A stretch of 64,000 bases of DNA, taken from NCBI GenBank assembly GCA_964016885.1, contig OZ024741.1, forward strand, positions 75,888,001-75,952,000, in the 5' to 3' direction. Position 1 is the stretch's first letter; each line of letters opens with the position of its first letter. This document shows, in pieces, positions 54,681-64,000 of the stretch. Under the pieces are notes generated by a model that was not told where the DNA came from, ran no database searches, and worked only from the letters and a program-made list of their open reading frames with translations. This DNA is from Eledone cirrhosa (Eukaryota). Both the position numbers and the translations under genes were made by a program.

Positions 54681-54699
54681 ATATATAGAGCAACTTCAT

Positions 54700-56626
54700 A
54701 TTGTCAGAGCTAGACGAACTTGGAGACAGAGGGTAACCTAGAGGAGAAGGACATGGAAGTTGAAAGAGCCTTCAGCCAGTAAAAAAACTTAGAAATATTT
54801 TGCTCGATGTCTACAACAGTAAAGAAGAACAAATAGAGATATTCAATATAGAAGAACATTGGGAGATTTTGAAATATAATCTGCTGAAGACAACAGATGA
54901 GATCTATGGATGGAGCAGGGCTACGGAAAAAAGGAGAGTGATATGGTGGTGGAATAACAAGTTAGACGAGACAATTAATGCCAAGAGTCAGGCATGGAAA
55001 AAATGGAAGAACAGGGGAAACAATGTACACTACATAGAGGTCAGCAGGGAAGCTAGGCAACAAGTATACTTGGCAAGGAGGGAAGCAGAAGATAAAAAAT
55101 TCAAGCCTGTTTTGCAGCATGAAGACAAGAAAGGTGAGGTGTTCGGGATTGTGAGGTCATTAGTGAGAAGTGTTGCTGTGATAATAAAAGTGTACTTGCC
55201 TTCACAGATGCTGAAAAGAAAGTAGCATGGAAGAACCATTATGAAAGATTACTGAATGAGGAGAATGTATGGAAGAAAGAGAGCCTACCCCAAGTGGACC
55301 CAACAGAGGGCCCAGCTGTACATGCTAGCAGCAGTGTAGTATGTAAGGCAATTATGGATATGAAGACCGGGAAAACAGTCAGTCCATCAGGGATAGTTGC
55401 CGTGATGCTGAAAGCATCTGGGTCGGCGGGTCACACCTTAACTACTCATTTTGTAAACCGAGTAATACTAAATGGTGTCATACTGAATGATTAGTGCTGC
55501 AGTATCATTGTCAACTGCTATAAGGGTAAAGGAGATGCACTAGATAGAGGAAACTATAGAGGCATCAAGTTGATGGACTAGGTCATGAAAGTAACAGAAA
55601 GAGTTAAGGCCCAGCTGATTAGGGACTAGGTTAATCTAGATGAGATGCAGTTCAGATTTATGCCAAGTAAAGGCACCACAGATGCCCTCTTCCTTGTGAA
55701 ACAGCTACAGGAGAAGTACCTAACTAAAAGTAAGCTATGCTACCTGGCATTTGTTGATCTTGGGAAAGCTTTTGACAGAGACCCTGTGCCATAATCTGGT
55801 TGGCTCTTAGAAAACTAGGAGTAGATGAGTGACTTGTGAAGGCCGTGCAAGCCATGTCTAGGGGAGCAGTCAGCAAAGTTAGGATTAACAATAACTATAG
55901 TGAGGAATTTAGTGTTCAGGTTGGCATCTATCAGGACTCTGTTTTTAGCCCTCTCCAGTTTATTATCATTCTGCAGGTTGTAACAGAGGAGTTTAAAATT
56001 GGCTGCCCATGGGAACTCCTTATGCAGATAATCTTACACTCATAGCTGAATGTATGGCAGAATTAGAGAATAAATTCCAAACCTGGAAGAATGGCCAAGA
56101 AACAAAGGGTCTTAAAGGGTCCTAGTAAGTAGAATAGAAAACAGAGCCCTCATCCCCTCGGGGAAATTACCTTGCTCAGTGTGTAGAAAAGGTGTAAGTA
56201 GAAATTCCATCCTGTGTCCCAAATGCAAACTATGAGTACACGAGACGTAATTGCATCTTAGCTAAGAACGTAGGTTTTACATGTAACAGTTGCACCAGAG
56301 CAGTAAGTGGCAAATAATCACAGGAAACAAGCGCTATCAAATTCTGGGAAGGTTTGGTAGAAGTGGTTGACAGCTTCTGCTACCTGGGTGACCAAATCAA
56401 TAGAGGAGGTGGGTGTTCCAAAAATACAGTAGCCAGAGTGAGAACAGGATGGAAGAAGTTCAGGGAGTTACTACCACTGCTAGGTACAAAAGGCTTTTTC
56501 CTCAAAATGAAAGACAGATTGTATTATACGTGCATTCAAACAGCGATGTTGCCTGGTAGTGTGGCCTGGGCACTGTGTGCAGAGGACTTGCAAAGATTGG
56601 AAAGAAATGAAGCTTGCGTGTTCCGA

Positions 56627-56630
<4 letters not shown>
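54700..56630 (+). mobile_element. RTE-clade LINE copy 5, degenerate, ends in (TA)n
   Basis: WWWNNKLDE, RT motifs with stops, VDSFCYLGD. Confidence 0.9.
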
Positions 56631-56698
<68 letters not shown>

Positions 56699-56702
<4 letters not shown>

Positions 56703-57030
56703 CAATAAAAACACACGTACCTGATGGTTTTCACTTCAATTTATTACAAATTTCCAGATGGTGTAGGATCAAACAAAGGAGGCACAAAATAACAAGTTAG
56801 CCACTGAGGAGGTCAAAGAATGTGTGACGAAAGAACTTTGACAATAAATAAATAACCATCTAGTTATTAAACCAACCATCTGGAAATTTGTAATAAATTG
56901 AAGTGAAAACCAACAGGTGCATGTGTTTTTATTGGAAACATGACCCTCCCAAAGTATAACAATATCTGTTTCAACACACGTTTTCAGATAAGAAATCTGG
57001 CAAAACAAATACAAAAAACGAAGTTTAGAT
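56699..57030 (+). mobile_element. Solo Penelope pseudo-LTR with inverted 5' segment
   Basis: 56765-57030 matches about 54370-54680; 56699-56758 is the reverse complement of about 56879-56936. Confidence 0.85.
56800..56842 (+). ncRNA. Hammerhead motif C3 (mismatches in stems I and II)
   Basis: GCCA CTGAGGA GGTCAAAGAATGTGTGAC GAAA GAAC TT TGAC. Confidence 0.6.
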
Positions 57031-60000
57031 ATCATCATCATCATTTTCGTTTAACGTCCATCTTCCATGCTAGCATGGGTTAGACGGGAGTTGTCCCACT
57101 TGAGGCAAGGTCGGTCGGGTGACCGTGTCTCGCTCATATAGGACTATCTGGCAGGTTTTCTACGGCTGGATATCCTTCCTAACACCAACCACATTTACCG
57201 TGTGGAACTGGGTACTTTTTACCGTGTTACCTACACAACCACATTACAGCGTGGACTGTATGTTTTTTTTTGTCGTGACACCTACACGAACTCAATCTCG
57301 ATCTCATTATCTCATTTATTTGGACTGAATGTTGTGGTTCCAACTTTACAGAGAGAGGGTGGTGTTGGTGGGAGTGGGAGGATAGCGTAGGGGTACTGGA
57401 TTGATAGGGGTGTATATTTGGTTAAGAGGTGCCTACTGACTGTAGGTTTTGCTTTGTACATAGGCAAGGCGGGTCTTCTGTATTACTGGGTAGCGCCAAA
57501 GATCTCGGTCCAGTGACATTGTCTTAGAGAGGTGCAAGTCTGTAAGGTCGGAATTAATCAGATCGTCCCAGGTTTTTCTGGGTCTACCTACTCCGTAACT
57601 ACCATCAATTTTGATCACCCTGCACTTTTTTATACAGCTGTCATCTTTCAGGCGCATCATGTGGCCATACCAACGTAGTCTTCTCTCAAGTAAACAGCAT
57701 CTGGTCCCTCTTATTCCTAATTTCTCACTTAGTTAATTTATGCTTTGCCGTTCACATATATTACTATTTTGGCAGTATCGGTAGAGGGTCGGACGCCATG
57801 CTTTCCAGCATAGTTACGTCCCTTTACGATCTGAGTTCAAATCCTGCCGGATCGATAAAATAAAGTACCAGTAATGCACTGGGTAATTTGCTGGCCTTGT
57901 GCCTAAAGTAGAAACAATTACTATTACACATCCAACGGAGCATGCATGCTTCATTCCTTTCCAGTCTGCGCAGGTCCTTTGCACGTAATGCCCATGTCTC
58001 ACTGCCATGTAGCATTGCTGTTCGTATACAGGCATCATACAATCTGCCTTTCAGTTTTAGAGAGAAATCTTTTGTGGCCAACAGCGGTATAAACTCTCTG
58101 AACCTTTTCCATCCAGTTCTGACTCTGGCTACTGTACTTTCAGAACACCTTCCACCACTGCTGATTTCGTCACCAAGGTAACGGAAGGTGTCCACTATTT
58201 CTATAAAACCATCTGGGCAATAGAAGGAGCTAGTATCCTGTGGACACTTGTTACTTATTACACCTGAGCATCGGCCACATATAAAGTCTACGTTCTTAGA
58301 TAGTTTACCTGTGATCCCACTACATCTTTTATGTACCCATACTTTGCATTTGGGACATAAAATGGAATTTCTGCCTACTCCTTTCCTACACACTGAGCAT
58401 AGCCATTTCCCTGAGGGCACCTGTACCCTATTTTCCTTTCTACAAACTAGAACTTTAGTCTTAGACAAGTTAATTTTAAGGCCTTTTGATTCTAGGCCAT
58501 GCTTCCATGTTTGGAATTTCTTCTCTAGTTCGGCCATAGATTCAGCTATGAGAGTTATATCATCTGCATATAGGAGTTTCCATGGGCAGCCAGTCTTGAA
58601 CTCCTCTGTTATAGCCTGAAGGGCAATAATAAGTAGGAGGGGACTCAGGACAGAGCCTTGATGAACACCAACTTTTACACTAAATTCTTCACAATATTCA
58701 TTGTTAATTCTAACCTTACTGACTGTTTCTTTATACATAGCTTGTATAGCTCTCACAAGCCATTCATCTACACCTAGTTTTCTAAGAACCCACCAGATAA
58801 TGGAGCGGGGTACTCTGTCAAAGGCTTTCTCCAGGTCTACAAAAGCTAAGTAGAGGGGTTTACTTTTAGCTAGGTACTTCTCCTGTAGTTGTCGTATAAG
58901 GAAAAGAGTGTCTGTGGTACTTTTATCTGACACAAACCCAAACTGCATTTCATCTAGATCAATTCGCTCTCTGATTAGTTGCGCTATAACTCTTTCTGTG
59001 ACCTTCATGACCTGGTCAACTAACTTAATGCCTCTATAGTTTCCCCTATCTAAAGCATCCCCTTTACCATTGTAGCAGTTAATGATGATGCTGCTATGCC
59101 AGTCTTTTGGTATGACCCCATACTGTATTACTAGGTTTACTATAAGGGTGACCATTCCAGATGCCTTCAACATCTCAGCAACTATCTCTGAAGACCCAGC
59201 TGCTTTGCCTGTATTCATATCTTTGATTGCCTTAGTTATTATACTCACGTTGTAGAACATGCTTGAACTTTCTATCCTCTGTTTCCCTTTTTGCAAGGTA
59301 CACTTGTCTCCTAGCTTCTCTCCTGGCCACTTGATAGTGCTCTCTACTTCCCCCATCCTGCCATACTTTCCAAGCCTGCTTTTTGGCCTTGATTGTCTCT
59401 TCCACCTTACTGTTCCACCACCAAGTTACTCTCCTCCTGCCAATAGGTCTGCTCCAGCCACAGATTTCATCCGTTGTTTTCAGCAAGTTCACTTTCAAGA
59501 ATTGCCACTGTTCCTTTACATTGCACGTCTCCTATTGCTCTTCCTTATTGTCAAAGGCATCAAGTAATAAGCTTTTAAATTTGTCACTGGCTATGGGGTC
59601 CTTCAACTTTCATATTCTTCTCCTCAAGGTAGGCCTCCTCTGTCGTCGAGTACCTCTATTCCTGACTATGAGGTCACTAACTACTAGGCTATGTTGGGAG
59701 GTGCATTCTTCATTGGGGAAGGATTTAGTGTTTACAACAGACACTTTGTCATGTCTTCTATTAAGGATATAATCTATCTGGCTGGCGTGTTCCCCTGATC
59801 TATAGGTGATCAAGTGGTTTTCTCATTTTTTGAAGTTTGTGTTTCAGATAGTTAGGTTATTAGCGTCACAGAATTCCAGGGTTCTGAAGCCCTCCTCATT
59901 TCTATTTCCAACCCCATAGCTTTCATGGATTCCATCATAGCCATCACTATGTTGTCTAGCGTGACCGTTTAGATCACCAGCAATAATTAAGTAGTCACTG

Positions 60001-60400
60001 TCGGTTATTTGGGAGGTAGTGTGCATCAGCGACTCATAGAACCTGTCCTTTCTAACGTCAAGTAGACCAGATTGGGGTGCATAAGCGGATATTATTGTCA
60101 CAGTAGTTCTATTTAGAACTAGTCTTATTTTAATTATTCTGTCATTCACTCTATTTACATCAATTACCTTATCTACCCATTTTTCAGCTAACATAATTCC
60201 TACACCACCCAGTCCGTTGTCATTTCCCACCCAGAAAAGTTTATAGCATCGTTTTTTACCCACGATGAATCTGGCAGACCCACCTCTCCACCTAGTCTCT
60301 TGAATACAACAAACATCAATTTCTTTACGTTCAAGCATCTCTACAACCTCATTTGAGCAACCTTTCAATGTGCCTACATTCATGGTACTAACTCTGAAGT
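57031..60400 (-). mobile_element. RTE-clade LINE copy 6, near full-length ORF2 with APE endonuclease
   Basis: APE: NVGTL, CIQETRW, ISAYAPQ, GDLNGH, SQIDYIL, SQHSL; RT follows; internal deletion near 59247 and SINE insertion. Confidence 0.95.
57769..57916 (+). mobile_element. SINE family A (internally deleted) inserted in RTE LINE
   Basis: TSD ATTACTATT at 57760 and 57917; uninterrupted sister LINE copies have a single ATTACTATT. Confidence 0.92.
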
Positions 60401-60494
60401 TGGGAGGGTGGGATGGATGAGTTGGAGGGGTAGGGAGGGGTGTGGGAGATGGAATTATGTTGGTCATCCGTATATATAAGTCTAAAGTCTGTCT

Positions 60495-60742
60495 TAAGCC
60501 AGAAGGCTCATTTGGCCGGTGCTTATACTGGTTTCATGGCCTGAAGCGACTGAGAGTACAAAACTCCCTCCTGGAGAGGATGCCAGTCCATCGCAAGGTT
60601 AAACCCCTGGCTATTGCTGGTACTCATTTTCACCTGAGTATAGTGGAGCAACGTGAAATGAAGTGTTTTGCTCAAGAACACAACACACAAACCAGGAATA
60701 GAACCCACGACATTATGATCGTAAGTCCAACACCCTTACCAC
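60495..60742 (-). mobile_element. tRNA-derived SINE family B copy
   Basis: On -: GTGGTAAGGGTGTTGG...GGTTCTATTCC...TCTTGAGCAAAACACTTCATTTCAC. Confidence 0.75.
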
Positions 60743-61083
60743 TTCTGAAGATCACGTTAAGGGTGAAAGCAACGATTCTTTGCTTAAACTTTAATCTGTT
60801 ATTTTAGTAAATATTTGCTCTAGGGTTCTTATATATTTTATATATATTTATCCTTATCGAGCCTTCTTTGGATTTTAGTCTTCACATTTATTATTATTAC
60901 TATATATATATATAGTCAGGACCCGGAAGATTGAGCTCCGGCCATTTCGACAGCTAGATCCGGATCTTGCTGTCAAAACGGTTGGAACTCAGGTGTCCTG
61001 ACTCTTTTCCTATTACCCTCTCTAGTACTCTGGTGCGTTATGGTCCACCTGGTTTCTTACCACACTTTCTTTGTTATATCACC

Positions 61084-61531
61084 ATCATCATCATTGTTTA
61101 ACACCTATCTTCCATGCTACCATGGGTTAGATGGGAATTGTCCCAGTTGAGGCAAGATTGGTCGGGTGACCGTGTCTCACTTGTATAGGACTATCTGGCA
61201 GGTTTTCTATGGTTGAATACCCTTCCTAACACCAACCACATTTACAGTGTGGATAGGGAGTTTTTTACCGTGTTACCTACACGGCCACATTACAGCGTGG
61301 ACTGTGTTTTTTTTGTCGTGACACCTACACGACCTCATTAGTTTGGACTGGATGTTGTGGTACCAATATAACTTTACAGAGAAAGGGTGGTGTTGGTGGG
61401 AGTGGGAGGATGGTGTATATTTGGTTAAGAGGTGCCGACTGACTGTAGGTTTCACTTTTTACATAGGCAAGGCAGGTGTTCTGTATTACTGCGTGGTGCC
61501 TGCCAAAGATCTCAGTCCAGTGACATTGTCA
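61084..61531 (-). mobile_element. RTE 3' end fragment (copy 7)
   Basis: Matches the 3' UTR/ORF end of copies 1, 3 and 6. Confidence 0.88.
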
Positions 61532-61554
61532 ATATATATATATGCATATATATA

Positions 61555-61603
<49 letters not shown>

Positions 61604-61824
61604 GTGGCACATATGCATATATATATATGGAGTCTTTGTGGTGTGAAGACCAGGAAGACTACGAATCAGAGTAATAATTGATGCATGATGGCATACAGAG
61701 AGAGTATGCAAATAAAGTAAAGGTTCGCCAGTGAGCCCACGCACTTTCTGTTTGTAGCCTGTCTGAACTTGGCGAACTTGGGCTCATTAGTATATATACA
61801 TATATATATATATACATACTAATC

Positions 61825-61916
<92 letters not shown>

Positions 61917-62085
61917 TAGTAATCTACCAGCATATGTGTACAGATGTACACTCATGCTAGCAAATATATAAGTCATGTCTTAGTACCTATGTGGTTCTAT
62001 GCAGGTGAATGCAGAACAATTATATGAAAGACGTAAAATAAGAAAATTTTAAAAATTAAAAATCAACTTACTTACTAAAATTTTC

Positions 62086-62171
62086 ACTCCAACTAATTAG
62101 TTTCTGTAATGGGATAAATATAGTTACATAATATATATAACTATAGAGAATTCATTACGTCATCAGGGAGT
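62086..62171 (-). ncRNA. Type I hammerhead motif H, well preserved
   Basis: On -: ACTCC CTGATGA C GTAATG..TATAGTTA..TAACTATA..CATTAC A GAAA CTAATTAG TT GGAGT. Confidence 0.85.
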
Positions 62172-62516
62172 CTATTCTCAGCTAAGTTCCCAGGCAATGC
62201 GCGGACACTAGGAACCCATATAAAAATAATAATTCAGTAGATGGAAAGAAGCTAGCGTGGACTAAATTCCGGAGCACTGAAAAAATTTCACTGCCTCTGG
62301 TCAGTGGCAGATTCTAAAGAAGCAATCACGTGACACCGAGGTTAATCAGTTAGGAGCGGGGTGGTATTATGACAAGAGCCTACTATACCATGAAACAGCA
62401 GTAAATTTTGGCCAGTTTTGCTCAACAAATAATTTGGAGATAGATATAGAGAATTAGTACATCTACCAGCATATGTGTACAGATGTACATATATAAATCT
62501 ATATATATATATATAT

Positions 62517-64000
62517 AGATTTTAACGGACACATAGGTAAACACTGTGACGGCTTCAATAGAGTGCATGGAGGCCATGGGGTTGGCACAAGAAATGAAGA
62601 AGGATTCAGACTTCTAGAATTCTGCGACGCCAATGACATGTCGATATGTAACACAAACTTTAAAAAACCCGACAACCACCTGATTACCTATAGATCAGGG
62701 GAGCATTCTAGTCAGATAGATTTTATCCTCATCAGAGGACGTGACAGATGGACAGTCGTAAACACAAAAGCCTTCCCTAGTGAGGAATGTACCTCCCAAC
62801 ATAGGTCAGAACTAGACGAATCTGGAAACAGAGGCCAACCTGGAGAAGAAAGATCTGGAAGCTGAAAGACCCCTCAGCCAGTAACAGATTTAAAGATATT
62901 TTACTCAACGCCTGCAACAGTAAAGAAGAACAGATAGAGACAGTCAATGTAGAAGAGCACTGGGGGTTCCTAAAAAATAACTTACTAGAGGCGGCGGATG
63001 AGATCTGTGGCTGGAGTAAGACCACAAGCAGGAGGAGAGTGATTTGGTGGTGGAACAATAAGGTAGATGAGGCAGTTAAGGCCAAGAGACAGGCATGGAA
63101 AGAATGGAAGAATGGGGGAAGCAGGGTACATTACATAGATACCAAGACGGAAGCTAGGCGACAAGTATACTTAGCTAGGAGGGAAGCAGAGGATAGAAAA
63201 TTCAAGCATGTTTTGCAACGTGAGGACCAGAAACAGGAGGTGTTCAAGATTGCGAGGCAATGTGTCAGAGAGAATTGTGATGTCATTGGATAGAAGTGTA
63301 TCCGGAATGATAAAGGTGAGCTTGCCCTCACAAGTGCTAAGAAGAAAGATGCATGGAAGAGCCATTATGATAGATTACTAAATGAGGAGAATGCATGGGA
63401 AGAAGAGACCCTACCCCAAGTAGACCCTATAGAGGGGCCAGCAGTACAAGTCATCAGCAGCGTAGTAAGTAAGACAATCAAAGATATGAAGATGGGGAAG
63501 GGAACCGGTCCATCGAGTATAGCTGCCGAGATGCTGAAGGCATCTGGGTCTGTAGGTCACACTATAACCACACGTATTGTTAACCAGGTAATACTAGAAG
63601 ATGTCATACCAAATGATTGGTGCAGTAGCATCATTGTCAACTGCTACAAAGGTAAAGGTGATGCACTAGATAGAGGAAACTATAGAGGTATAAAGCTGAT
63701 GGACCAGGTCATGAAAGTAACAGAAAGAGTTATAGTACAGTTGATTAGGGACCGAGTGAAACTAGATGAGATGCAATTTGGGTTTGTACCAGGAAGAGGC
63801 ACCATGTATAGGGGAGCAGTCAGCAAAGTTAGGATTAGCAATGAGTATAGCGAGGAATTTAGCGTACAGGTTGGTGTACACCAGGGCTCTGTTCTTAGCC
63901 CTCTCCTGTTCATCATAGTCCTGCAGGCAATAACGGAGGAGTTTAAGACCGGATGCCCATGGGAACTCCTGTATGCAGGTGACCTCGCACTTATAGCTGA
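62517..64000 (+). mobile_element. RTE-clade LINE copy 8, continues beyond the window
   Basis: APE end (DFNGHIG, RNEEGFRLLEFC, SQIDFIL) then RT; 63270-64000 is nearly identical to copy 2, with a deletion near 63800. Confidence 0.93.

Noticed and set aside
60742-60780. CTGAAGA TCAC...GT GAAA hammerhead-like motif
   Set aside because: No UH cleavage site or stem I pairing after GAAA; the related copy near 33560-33590 lacks the GAAA part.

Overview
AT-rich, repeat-dense eukaryotic (animal) genomic DNA. The SINE/LINE repertoire and (TA)n density resemble an octopus/coleoid mollusc (inference, not proven). There is one host gene: an intact, spliced mitochondrial 3-ketoacyl-CoA thiolase (ACAA2, 10 coding exons, 12174-27551, + strand, about 399 aa). 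The rest is mobile DNA. It includes a degenerate CsRn1-like Ty3/Gypsy LTR element with a -1 frameshift signal, next to an oppositely oriented deleted two-LTR relative. There are at least eight RTE-clade LINE copies whose ORF2 carries a PHD-like zinc finger between RT and thumb, Penelope-like elements (RT + GIY-YIG), CRE and CR1-type LINE fragments, a maT/mariner fragment, MITEs and many SINEs. The most notable hidden layer is about 14 minimal type-I hammerhead ribozyme motifs from several families. They occur as palindromes or inverted pairs (one set inside an ACAA2 intron) and in a ~540-bp terminally redundant, non-coding retrozyme-like unit. Coordinates were read by eye; element ends are approximate.
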